A stretch of DNA of 64,000 nt, taken from positions 14,788-78,787 of the forward strand of contig CAZWVU010000004.1 in assembly GCA_964637575.1 (NCBI GenBank). Reading direction: 5' to 3'. Origin of the DNA: an uncultured Candidatus Saccharibacteria bacterium (GTDB lineage: Bacteria; Patescibacteriota; Minisyncoccia; UBA6257; WO2-44-18). Each line of letters starts with the position of its first letter. The stretch's first letter is position 1. A program made the position numbers and the translations under genes. Below are positions 7,921-16,939 of the stretch, in pieces. Below the pieces are notes generated by a model. The model made no database searches and was not told the DNA's origin. It saw nothing but the letters and a program-made list of their open reading frames with translations.

Positions 7921-9183
7921 CTATCCGAGACGGTCATTTTGTATGAAGGTAAGGAGTGCCTTGAACCAGAGCCGGATTGCCCGCCAGAACGGCATGATGG
8001 AAAGCAGATAGTTGAGCTCCACCAGTCCTTTGAGCGCCCATCCGGCGAATCCGGAAATAATAAACGGCCCCAGTTTCGCCACCGCCCACTTTCCGCCCAC
8101 CGGCACCACGTAGGGATACTCCGACGCCCGGTACTCGCGGTGGCGGGGATCGCCGGTAATATCGCACCAGACATTGTGAGCCGCCACGTCCGCCTGGGAG
8201 ATGGCCGCGCGCGCCACGCCGGGGACCGGCCGGCCGGTTGTGGGATCGGTGAAACAGATCGCGTCGCCGATGCCGTAGACTTTGCCGTAAAGATTGAGAT
8301 CCGGCGTTTGGGGAAGGCAGCGCATTTGATTTTCCACCTCCACGCGCCCGCGTTTCTCCAGCCTCAACGGCAGGTTGGCCATGAGCGAAGCCGCCTTCAC
8401 GCCGCCGGTCCAGATCAGCAGGTCATACGGCAATTCGCTGCCGCCGGCGAGCAGTATTTTTTCGGGGGCGACTTTGGCAATCGCCTGATCGGTGATGATT
8501 TCCGTGCCGAGCCCTTTCAGGCGGCCCTGGATTTTTTCAACAATAAGTCCGGGAAAGCCGAGCATCAGCGACGGTCCCGCTTCCACGAGCGTGACCCTTA
8601 CCCGGCAGCCGGGAAACTGGTCCGCCAGCTCCGCGAACCATTCCTGGATCTCCCCCGCGAGCTCCACGCCGGTCGAGCCGCCGCCGCCCACCACGATCCG
8701 GACGTCTTTTTTTTGCTGGACCGCCTCCAGCACCGCGTCGCGGATTTTCAGCGAGTCGACGAAGGTTTTGAGTGTGAGCGAATGTTCTTTCAGTCCGGGA
8801 ATATCAAAATAATTCGTTTCGGAACCGAGTGCCAGAATGAGATGGTCGGGGCGGAGCACCCGGCCGTTCACTAGATTCACGTAGCCGTCCTGGAGATCGA
8901 GCGACTGCACTTCCGACTGGATAAATTCCACGCCCATCGGCGCCACAATCGTTTCCACCGGAAAGGTGACCAAGCTTTTGATGTCGGAGTAATTCGCCGT
9001 TTCCTTCGAGGTGGTGGCCGATTCGTACAGCGTCGGCGTGTAGGTGTGATAGGCGTTGCGGTCAACTAGCACCAGTTCGCAGTGTTCCATGCCGCTCCGG
9101 CGGATTTTTTTCGCGAGCACAATGGCCGCGCGGAGACCGCCGAATCCGGCGCCGAGAATGACAATGGTGTTCTTCCGGTTCAT
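7921..9183 (-). CDS. ndh: Type II NADH dehydrogenase-like FAD oxidoreductase
   Basis: Two Rossmann motifs (GAGFGG, GGGSTGVELAGE), IWTGGV and IGD. Confidence 0.8.
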   Translation of the reverse strand: MNRKNTIVILGAGFGGLRAAIVLAKKIRRSGMEHCELVLVDRNAYHTYTPTLYESATTSKETANYSDIKSLVTFPVETIVAPMGVEFIQSEVQSLDLQDGYVNLVNGRVLRPDHLILALGSETNYFDIPGLKEHSLTLKTFVDSLKIRDAVLEAVQQKKDVRIVVGGGGSTGVELAGEIQEWFAELADQFPGCRVRVTLVEAGPSLMLGFPGLIVEKIQGRLKGLGTEIITDQAIAKVAPEKILLAGGSELPYDLLIWTGGVKAASLMANLPLRLEKRGRVEVENQMRCLPQTPDLNLYGKVYGIGDAICFTDPTTGRPVPGVARAAISQADVAAHNVWCDITGDPRHREYRASEYPYVVPVGGKWAVAKLGPFIISGFAGWALKGLVELNYLLSIMPFWRAIRLWFKALLTFIQNDRLG

Positions 9184-9249
9184 TATTCATTAGTTTATCA
9201 TCTCCGCCGGAAGTTTGCTTCACGCGGTCGGCAATGAGATAATAAGAAC

Positions 9250-10254
9250 ATGAAATTCCTCGCGGATTGCCCGAAAAAAGATCTGGCGGGAAAAACCTGT
9301 CTCCTGCGGGTGGATTTTAACGTGGAAAGCGACAAGGACGCGCTCCGGCTTGAGGCCTCCCTGCCGACGATCAAATTTCTGCTGAAGCATGGCGCGCGCG
9401 TGCTGATGCTGAGCCACCGAGGCCGGCCCAAAGGCGCGGAGAAAACACTTTCGCTCCGGCCATTCCTCCCGTTCCTCAAGAAGCATCTCAAAAAAGAAGT
9501 TCATTTTCTGGAGACGCTGCCGGCGCGTCTGCCGGAAGGCGACGTCTTTCTGATGGAAAATCTCCGGTTCTGGCCGGAAGAAGAAGCCGATGACACCGGT
9601 TTCGCGAAGCGGCTGGCGAGGCTTGGTGATCTCTACGTGAATGACGCGTTTGCCGTCTGCCACCGCGCCAACGCTTCCGTCACCCAACTGCCGAAACTTC
9701 TGCCATCCTACGCCGGACTTCTTTTGCAGAAAGAAATCGAAACATTGTCGGAAGCGATGAAGAAACCGGAAAAGCCGCTCGTGCTTATCTTCGGAGGGAG
9801 CAAGGTGGAGGATAAGGCGCCGGTGATCAAGTATCTTTTGCCGAAGGCGGCGAAGGTGCTGCTCGGAAGCAGTGCGCTCAACAATTCTTACTCTCTGCCG
9901 AAATCGCCGAAGATTGAAAAGCCGGTGGACTGGATGGCGGAGGGCAACCTGGCGATGGATATCGGTTCCATTACCGCCGAACGGTACGCGGAAGAAATCA
10001 AACACGCGAAGACAGTCATCTGGAACGGCCCGGTCGGAAAGTTTGAAGACGCGCAGTACCGCGGCGGCTCGGTGGCGCTCGCGAAGGCGGTGGCGAAGAG
10101 CGGGGCGTTTTCCATCATCGGCGGCGGTGAGACGACCCAGCTGATCCTTTCCCTTAAGCTTCGCAACAAAATCGGTTTTCTTTCCACCGGCGGCGGCGCC
10201 ATGCTGGAATTCCTCGCCGGGAAAAAACTGCCGGGCATAGAAGCGCTCCGCTAA
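9250..10254 (+). CDS. pgk: Phosphoglycerate kinase (compact)
   Basis: LRVDFNV, SHRGRP, ENLRF, VNDAF, WNGPVG and STGGGA motifs. Confidence 0.95.
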   Translation: MKFLADCPKKDLAGKTCLLRVDFNVESDKDALRLEASLPTIKFLLKHGARVLMLSHRGRPKGAEKTLSLRPFLPFLKKHLKKEVHFLETLPARLPEGDVFLMENLRFWPEEEADDTGFAKRLARLGDLYVNDAFAVCHRANASVTQLPKLLPSYAGLLLQKEIETLSEAMKKPEKPLVLIFGGSKVEDKAPVIKYLLPKAAKVLLGSSALNNSYSLPKSPKIEKPVDWMAEGNLAMDIGSITAERYAEEIKHAKTVIWNGPVGKFEDAQYRGGSVALAKAVAKSGAFSIIGGGETTQLILSLKLRNKIGFLSTGGGAMLEFLAGKKLPGIEALR

Positions 10255-10274
10255 AAAATTTTAAATTTAAAATT

Positions 10275-11132
10275 ATGAAACCCATTGTGATCTTCCACGG
10301 TGAATGTTGGGACGGGTTCGGGGGCGGGTACGCCGCCTGGAAAAAGTTCGGCGATGACGCCGAATATGTTCCGATGAAGCATGGCTTCGCGGCGCCGGAC
10401 GTCGCCGGCCGGGACGTGTACATCATTGATTTCTCGTTTCACCATGACGTGATGGAGGAAATTATAAAAAAGGCGCGCCGCGTCGTGGCGCTGGATCATC
10501 ACGTGAGCGCCGAACAGGCAACGAAGATGGCGCATGAATTCGTCTACGAACTGGATCATTCCGGCGCAGTGATCGCCTGGAAATATTTCCATCCGGACGA
10601 AAAAGTGCCGGAATTGCTGCTTCATATCGAAGACGTGGATATCTGGAAGTGGAACCTTCCGCATACCGCGGAATTGATGGCGTATATGGGTCTGGCGGAG
10701 TACGACTTCAAACTGTGGGATCAGATCGCCGCAGATTGGGAGGATCCAAAAAAATTGGCGGCGTACGTGGAAAAAGGATCGTATCTTTTGAAATACGAGG
10801 ACGCGATGGTGAAACGGCTGATTGACGGCGCGATGCTGGTAGAGTTTGAGGGATACAACACGCTCGTCGTGAATTCGCCGGTGCTTCATTCGGAGATTGG
10901 AATGCGGCTGACCAAACTGGTGCCGCCGATTGCGATCGTCTGGAGCGAAAAGACGGGCATCCGACGCGTCTCGCTGCGTTCCGACGGCACCGTGGATACC
11001 ACGAAGCTGGCGGCGAAATACGGCGGGGGCGGACACAGGGCCGCATCCGGCTTTGCTGTTCCATTGGACAAGCCTCTGCCCTGGAAGATTATAGACAAGA
11101 ATCCATTTAAAAAAGATGGCGAGCAAAGCTAA
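10275..11132 (+). CDS. DHH/DHHA1 family phosphoesterase
   Basis: DG, DFS, LDHH, SLRS and GGGGH motifs. Confidence 0.9.
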   Translation: MKPIVIFHGECWDGFGGGYAAWKKFGDDAEYVPMKHGFAAPDVAGRDVYIIDFSFHHDVMEEIIKKARRVVALDHHVSAEQATKMAHEFVYELDHSGAVIAWKYFHPDEKVPELLLHIEDVDIWKWNLPHTAELMAYMGLAEYDFKLWDQIAADWEDPKKLAAYVEKGSYLLKYEDAMVKRLIDGAMLVEFEGYNTLVVNSPVLHSEIGMRLTKLVPPIAIVWSEKTGIRRVSLRSDGTVDTTKLAAKYGGGGHRAASGFAVPLDKPLPWKIIDKNPFKKDGEQS

Positions 11133-11760
11133 AAAGCAAAAGTATTACGCGTGCTACATTCCGGAGACGCAAAAAAAGCTGGTGACGGATATATGGGCGG
11201 AATGCGAATCCCTCGTGAAGGGTGTGCGAGGGGCGCGGTACAAGTCGTTTGATTCCAAAGAAGAAGCCGAGCGGTGGCTGAGGGCCGGTGCCAGTTACGG
11301 GCCGCCGAAAGCGCGCGTGAAAAAAGAGAAGCAAAAAGCGCTGGAGCCGGGAATTTATTTTGACGCGGGGACGGGGAGAGGCGACGGCGTGGAGATCAGC
11401 GTCACTGATGAGAAGGGCAAGAATCTGCTGGATAAAATCCTTCTGCCGGAAGAGCTGAATAAATACGGCAAGCATCTGCTGGAAAGCGAAGAGGCGACGA
11501 ATAATTTTGGCGAACTGCTGGCCTGCCGGTACGCGCTGATGATCGCGATAGACAGCGATATCAAAAAAGTTTTCGGCGACAGCAAGCTCGTCATCGATTA
11601 CTGGTCCAAAGGATTCATCAAAAAGAAGGACGTGGCGCCGGAGACGGTGAAACTGGCGGAAGAAGTGATGAAAATCCGCAACGAATTTGAACTCGCCGGC
11701 GGCTCCCTCGGCCGTGTTTCCGGGGATATTAATCCGGCTGACCTGGGGTTTCATCGCTAG
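11116..11760 (+). CDS. rnhA: Ribonuclease HI with N-terminal hybrid-binding (viroplasmin) domain
   Basis: KYYA..W.EC..VKG..A.YKSF domain, followed by FD, TNNFGEL, GDS and NPAD. Confidence 0.88.
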   Translation: MASKAKKQKYYACYIPETQKKLVTDIWAECESLVKGVRGARYKSFDSKEEAERWLRAGASYGPPKARVKKEKQKALEPGIYFDAGTGRGDGVEISVTDEKGKNLLDKILLPEELNKYGKHLLESEEATNNFGELLACRYALMIAIDSDIKKVFGDSKLVIDYWSKGFIKKKDVAPETVKLAEEVMKIRNEFELAGGSLGRVSGDINPADLGFHR

Positions 11761-11764
11761 GACT

Positions 11765-11894
11765 GTTGGAAAGTTCCCCGGGAACCGGGTGTCCGTCGCG
11801 CTCCTGCGGCGCGACGGCACCACTAAAAACTCGGCAATTTGCAGGGCGCCAAGCCAAATTGCCTCCGTTATTTTCCCTACGGGAACTTTCCAAC
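11765..11894 (+). repeat. Structured repeat family B, copy 1
   Basis: GGGAACCGGGTGTCCG...GCAAATTGCC-type core closed by a GTTGGAAAGTTCCC/GGGAACTTTCCAAC stem. Confidence 0.85.
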
Positions 11895-12013
11895 ATCCTT
11901 TTCCATCAATCCCGAACATATTAGGTTGCTGGCGAGGAGAAAGAGGGTGGGCTTGAGCGGCGCGGTTGGAAATAAAAAACCCGGTCAACATTTCTGTTGC
12001 CGGGTTTTGGATA

Positions 12014-12172
12014 CTAACCTTTGCAAATGGAGCTGACGCGGATGATGCTTCCGGGAGCCGGCTTTCCGACGGTTTCCCGAAGGAGCTTGAAAAGGCCGAT
12101 ACGGAGTTTGGTCTTCGCCTTCTTCTCCAGAACCTTTTCAACCCGGACTCGGACGTGCCATTTGATGTGCAT
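12014..12172 (-). CDS. Small basic hypothetical protein (52 aa)
   Basis: MHIKWHVRVRVEKV...; GAGGAG Shine-Dalgarno site; follows the 3D-domain genes; below the ORF-track cutoff. Confidence 0.5.
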   Translation of the reverse strand: MHIKWHVRVRVEKVLEKKAKTKLRIGLFKLLRETVGKPAPGSIIRVSSICKG

Positions 12173-12181
12173 GCGGTCTCC

Positions 12182-12679
12182 TCATTTCAAAACTTTCACG
12201 TCCAGCCACTTCACACCGAAGCGACGGGCTTCGGAGTGCGACGCCATACGGACATCGATGTGAGTGATGCCGCGCTTGGCGTCCTGGCGCATCGCGCCGC
12301 CGGTGTCGTCCACCTCGCGGAGGCCGACGCCGGGGATGTCCAGGCGGGTGTGATAGGGGAGCAGCTTTGGATCCGCTGCCACCCCGTCATACCGGCGCCC
12401 GTCCTTGCCGGTCGCCGTTCTCGCGAACTTCGACCAGCTGCCGCAGCAGATGTCGCAGGTGCAGTATGCCGTTACCAGCATTCTTACCGCGACATGTTCC
12501 GCGCGGTGTTCCGGAGCTTCCGGAGCAGCGATTTTTCCCGCCGCTGGAGTCGCCGATTGCGCCACCAGGCGCGGAGCCACTTCCATGCGTTGAATCTCAT
12601 GGTTCGCTTCCCTCCGTGCAACCCAGATGACCCCTGCTCCCATCATCAACACCAGGCCGATGACAGGAGAAGTCTTCAC
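12182..12679 (-). CDS. 3D-domain (MltA-like) exported protein
   Basis: TAY..TATG..VAADP..V.DTGG..HIDV motifs and N-terminal TM segment. Confidence 0.88.
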   Translation of the reverse strand: MKTSPVIGLVLMMGAGVIWVARREANHEIQRMEVAPRLVAQSATPAAGKIAAPEAPEHRAEHVAVRMLVTAYCTCDICCGSWSKFARTATGKDGRRYDGVAADPKLLPYHTRLDIPGVGLREVDDTGGAMRQDAKRGITHIDVRMASHSEARRFGVKWLDVKVLK

Positions 12680-13101
12680 CGCTCATCCTCCAACACAATG
12701 ATCTGCATCTTCGTCCGCTTGAACGCCGTCACTTCCTCGTGCGTGCGCACGCGGAAGCACAACAGAAGTTCGCCGCGCTGCGCCAGCGCCTCTTGCAGGC
12801 GCCTGCCCGTGTCGTCGACGATTTTCTCGCCGATGCCGGGAAGATACACGCGCTTGCCGAAGGGGATCGCCTTCGGGTCGGCGGCGGCGCCGTCGAAGTG
12901 TTTTGCCCCGTCCTTTCCCGTGGCGGTTTTTCCGCCGGGATTGGAGTCGCCGCAGCACTTCGCGCACATGCAGTACGCGAACACCGTCGCTTCGCGGGCA
13001 TCTTCCTTCTTCTGTTTCTGCTGGGCCATTACCGTTCCGGAATAGCCGAAGCCGAACAGGAAACTCGGAACCAGAAGCACTACGAACGCAAATTTGGTCA
13101 C
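12676..13101 (-). CDS. 3D-domain exported protein, paralog
   Basis: FAY..TATG..AAADP..PFG..VDDTG motifs and signal peptide; third Asp apparently missing. Confidence 0.8.
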   Translation of the reverse strand: MTKFAFVVLLVPSFLFGFGYSGTVMAQQKQKKEDAREATVFAYCMCAKCCGDSNPGGKTATGKDGAKHFDGAAADPKAIPFGKRVYLPGIGEKIVDDTGRRLQEALAQRGELLLCFRVRTHEEVTAFKRTKMQIIVLEDER

Positions 13102-13205
13102 ATTCCCTCCTCTTTTCAGTTCTCAAAGACCACAAAAATACCAGTATTTTATACCATTAAATAAGCCTACTTGTCAAGTATGACGCGGTATGGTATGGTG
13201 CAGGT

Positions 13206-13554
13206 GGCTGGCAATCCAGACAACCGCGCTCCGGTCCGCAAGGATCACGGGTGAGGAAAGTCGGAGCTCCCGTCCCGGTCGCAAGACCGAAGACAAAGGT
13301 AGCAGTTAACAACTGCCGGCAGTAATGCAGAGGTGCGAACAGTGACGTCCCGAAGCGAAAGCTGAAGGAGAGCCCCATCCCAACGTAGAAGGCTCAACCC
13401 GATTATAGGGATACAAGATCGGGGTGAAACGGCTAAATTCCTTACCGGGTGCAAGGCCGTACTCCGCAAGGAGAGTGCCGCTCGAGGTCTGCCGCGAGGT
13501 AGATCCCAGATAAATGGTTGTCCACGACAAAACTCCGCTTACGGATTGCCAGCC
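13206..13554 (+). ncRNA. rnpB: RNase P RNA
   Basis: P1 stem GGCTGGCAATCC/GGATTGCCAGCC; GAGGAAAGTC, GTGAAACGG, GTGCAAG, AGATAAATG and ACAAAACTCCGCTTA conserved regions; terminator follows. Confidence 0.95.
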
Positions 13555-13656
13555 TTCAAAACCCCCGATTCGTCGGGGTTTTTGATTTCAGATGGGGGAT
13601 TGACAAATAATAATAAATTTGTCATAGTTTCAGCAGTTCATATGGGAGGAGGCGAT

Positions 13657-13992
13657 ATGGCGAAGATTCAAACCGAGGTGGGCGAGGTGAAGCGTGTATG
13701 CGCGCCGAGCTGCAAGAAGAATCTGAAGCATGAGCCGTGCGCATGCACCGAAAAAACGAAGGTGGTAACCAAGGTGGAGATTTTCGCGGTCTTCGAAGGA
13801 GTGCGGCGGTACCGGGCCTATTTCTCCCCGAATCCCAGAAATCCCGGAAGTCTGCCGAGGATTTCCAACAAGGAGCGCTTCAATGAGCAGGGCCAGCCGG
13901 AGGAAGTGAACGTCCAGATTCCGGACACCATCTACGTGGTCATGGCCCGCCGCGCCCTTGCCATCATCAACAGCGGAGCCCCTCAACTATGA
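13657..13992 (+). CDS. Hypothetical protein
   Basis: GGAGG Shine-Dalgarno site, TTGACA upstream, Cys/His cluster. Confidence 0.6.
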   Translation: MAKIQTEVGEVKRVCAPSCKKNLKHEPCACTEKTKVVTKVEIFAVFEGVRRYRAYFSPNPRNPGSLPRISNKERFNEQGQPEEVNVQIPDTIYVVMARRALAIINSGAPQL

Positions 13993-14019
13993 GGGGCTTT
14001 TTCTTTCGCAACGCCCGAC

Positions 14020-14084
14020 GCCGGCGCTCCTTCTCCTCGGCAGGACGTCGGGCTACAATCCTGCCTGCGGGAAGGAGTGCCGGC
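14020..14084. repeat. Repeat family A, copy 3
   Basis: Same core with substitutions, closed by a GCCGGCGCTCCTTC/GAAGGAGTGCCGGC stem. Confidence 0.88.
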
Positions 14085-14156
14085 TCATTGAGAGAAAGAG
14101 GTAAGTTTGTGTGGATTAGTTTCAAGCGCAAGTGTGTTAAAATTAGACCATACGTT

Positions 14157-15434
14157 ATGCCGGCTAAAACGGTTAAAAAACCGACGGAAAATAAGGTGGA
14201 AGAAAAGCCCGCGAAGTCAGGCGGCGCTGACGCGGTAAAAGGCGAACTTTCCAAATCACCGAGCGAACTTTCCATCATCAAGCTGGTGGACAGCCTGGTG
14301 CAGGCGGCGTTTCTGGCGCGCTCTTCCGATATCCACATCGATCCCGGCGAAAAACAGATCGCGGTGCGTTTCCGGATCGACGGAGTTCTTCATGATTTTT
14401 ATGTCTTCCCGAAAGAAATTCAGTCCGAGGTAATCAGCCGCATCAAAGTCCTCTCAGGGCTTCGGACCGACGAACACCAGGCGGCCCAGGACGGACGTTT
14501 CCGGCTCACCTTCGACACGGTCAACGTGGATGTCCGCGTCTCCATCGCGCCGACCTACTATGGGGAAAATTGCGTGATGCGTCTGCTTGCCGATCAGGCG
14601 GCGTCATTCACGCTGGAGTCGCTGGGATTTGAAGGCCGCGACCTGGAAGTAGTGAAACGGAATATCAAAAAACCGTACGGCATGATTCTCGCCACCGGCC
14701 CGACCGGCTCCGGCAAGACCACCACGCTCTATACGATTTTGAAAATGCTCAACACGAAAGATGTTTCCATCATCACCATCGAAGATCCGGTGGAATATTC
14801 CATCGACGGACTGGAACAGATCCAGGTGAACTCGCGCACCGGACTGAGCTTCGCGAGCGGGCTCCGCTCCATTCTCCGCCAGGATCCGAACATCGTCATG
14901 GTGGGCGAGATCCGCGACGAGGAGACTGCCGGCATTGCGGTAAACGCGGCGCTGACCGGCCACCTGCTTCTTTCCACGCTTCACACGAACGACGCGGCAA
15001 CCACCCTGCCGCGCCTGCTGGATATGAAAATCGAGCCGTTCCTGATCGCTTCCACCGTTAACGTGGCGGTCGGCCAGCGGCTGGTAAGAAAAATCTGCCC
15101 CGACTGCAAAGTGAAAAAACCGGTCGGCCCGGATGAATTGAAGAGTCTCGCGAGCGTGATTCCCGCCAAAGTGCTGGACGCGGCGAAGACGTTTTACCAT
15201 GGCGAAGGATGCGCCAAATGCGACCACAGCGGCTACAAGGGGCGCATCGGCATCCATGAGGTGATGGAGATCGACGACGAGGTCCGGGTGGCCTTGATGA
15301 AGAGCGCCGACGCGGGAGAAATTAAAAAGATCGCTGTGAAAAACGGCATGACGACCATGGTGGAAGACGGATTCCGCAAAGCGGTGGACGGCGTTACCAC
15401 CATCGAAGAAGTATTGCGCGTCATTCATGAATAA
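14157..15434 (+). CDS. pilB: Type IV pilus assembly ATPase (PilB/GspE)
   Basis: SDIHIDP, GPTGSGKTT, EDPVEY, LRQDP, GEIRD and TGHL..STLH motifs; tetracysteine motif. Confidence 0.93.
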   Translation: MPAKTVKKPTENKVEEKPAKSGGADAVKGELSKSPSELSIIKLVDSLVQAAFLARSSDIHIDPGEKQIAVRFRIDGVLHDFYVFPKEIQSEVISRIKVLSGLRTDEHQAAQDGRFRLTFDTVNVDVRVSIAPTYYGENCVMRLLADQAASFTLESLGFEGRDLEVVKRNIKKPYGMILATGPTGSGKTTTLYTILKMLNTKDVSIITIEDPVEYSIDGLEQIQVNSRTGLSFASGLRSILRQDPNIVMVGEIRDEETAGIAVNAALTGHLLLSTLHTNDAATTLPRLLDMKIEPFLIASTVNVAVGQRLVRKICPDCKVKKPVGPDELKSLASVIPAKVLDAAKTFYHGEGCAKCDHSGYKGRIGIHEVMEIDDEVRVALMKSADAGEIKKIAVKNGMTTMVEDGFRKAVDGVTTIEEVLRVIHE

Positions 15435-16506
15435 AACCTCGTTTCTTTCCGGCATCTTCACCCGCGTGCCGATCGAGGATCAGGTGCTTTTGGCGCGCCA
15501 CCTTGCCGTGATGGCGAAGGCCGGGCTGCCGCTCCTGGAAAGCGTGAAGATGATCCAGAAGGAGACGAAGAGCAAGAGTCTGAAAAAAATCCTTGATCAG
15601 GTGGTGGTGGACGTGAGCAACGGCCAGTTTCTTTCCGCGAGCCTGGAAAAGCATAAAAACGTGTTCGGCAATCTTTTCATCAACATTATCCGGGTGGGCG
15701 AGTCGGCGGGCATTCTCGCGGAAAACCTTAATTACCTCGCGGACGAGCTGAAAAAGAAGCGGGAACTGAAGAAAAAAGTGACCGGCGCGCTTATTTATCC
15801 GGCGGTGATTTTTGTGGCCACCTTCGGCATCACCGGATTGCTCACCGTGTTTATCTTCCCGAAAATCCTGCCGATTTTTAAAAGTCTGAACGTCGAATTA
15901 CCGATTACCACGCGGATCCTGATCTGGCTGAGCAACGCGCTCACGAATTACGGCCTGTATCTGATCCTGGGCCTACTGGCATTGCTTCTCGGAATTTATG
16001 GCATCTCGCTGATCCAGAAAGTCCGCTATTTTCTGCACTGGGTATTGCTGAAGCTTCCCATTTTCGGCAACATTTCCCGCAGCGTCAACCTGGCTAATGC
16101 CAGCCGCACGCTCGGCCTCACGCTCAAAAGCGGCGTCCGGGTGGTGGAGGCGGCGACGATCACCGCCGAGTCCCTCACCAACCTTGTCTACCAGCGGGAA
16201 TTACTGAAGGCGGCGGATCTGGTTCAGCGGGGAGAAGCGCTCGGACCGATTCTGGAAAAGCACCCCAAACTTTTTCCCTCGATTGTCACGCAGATGGTCG
16301 CGGTGGGCGAGGCGTCCGGCAATCTAAGCGAAACGCTGCTGTATCTTTCCGACTTCTACGAAGGCGAGGTGAATGAAATTACCAAAAATCTTTCCAACGT
16401 GCTTGAGCCGATTCTGATGGTAACGATGGGCATCGTGGTGGGATTTGTCGCGATTTCCATCATTACGCCGATTTATGAAATCACTTCAAGCATCAGCCCG
16501 CGCTAA
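15427..16506 (+). CDS. pilC: Type IV pilus platform protein (PilC/GspF)
   Basis: Two T2SSF repeats (GE..G.L), ALIYP and LEP motifs. Confidence 0.93.
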   Translation: MNKTSFLSGIFTRVPIEDQVLLARHLAVMAKAGLPLLESVKMIQKETKSKSLKKILDQVVVDVSNGQFLSASLEKHKNVFGNLFINIIRVGESAGILAENLNYLADELKKKRELKKKVTGALIYPAVIFVATFGITGLLTVFIFPKILPIFKSLNVELPITTRILIWLSNALTNYGLYLILGLLALLLGIYGISLIQKVRYFLHWVLLKLPIFGNISRSVNLANASRTLGLTLKSGVRVVEAATITAESLTNLVYQRELLKAADLVQRGEALGPILEKHPKLFPSIVTQMVAVGEASGNLSETLLYLSDFYEGEVNEITKNLSNVLEPILMVTMGIVVGFVAISIITPIYEITSSISPR

Positions 16507-16939
16507 GGGGAAGGGCGCGGGGTTCACCCTGCTGGAAACGCTGCTCGTCGTGTCCATTCTGGCGCTGCTGTTCGCGATCGGGTTGCCGGTGGCGTTCAAT
16601 TTCTATCAGGCCTACCAGTTTGATTCGGAATACGAACTCCTTTTTTCCCTACTGGAACAGGCGCGCAATCAGGCGCTGACGAATTATCATGAGGCAAGCC
16701 ACGGTCTTTCCATTAACAGCGTGAACTTCGTGCTGTTTCAGGGTTCCAGTTTCGCCGCGCGCACCGCGGCGCAGGACAAAACCTTTCCCCGCAATTCCGC
16801 CATTACCATCGCCGGCCCCTCGGAAGTGGTCTTCAGCCAGCTGGACGGTACCGTGGCGTCGAGTACGTTTACGGTGAGCAACAGCTACAAAAGCCACGAT
16901 CTTTATTTGAATTCGGAGGGATCGGTGTATTCAAAATAA
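16475..16939 (+). CDS. Minor prepilin (FimT/GspH-like)
   Basis: GFTLLE class III signal. Confidence 0.85.
   Translation: MKSLQASARAKGKGAGFTLLETLLVVSILALLFAIGLPVAFNFYQAYQFDSEYELLFSLLEQARNQALTNYHEASHGLSINSVNFVLFQGSSFAARTAAQDKTFPRNSAITIAGPSEVVFSQLDGTVASSTFTVSNSYKSHDLYLNSEGSVYSK

Noticed and set aside
13157-13530. Short ORFs over 13.2-13.5 kb
   Set aside because: The region is RNase P RNA
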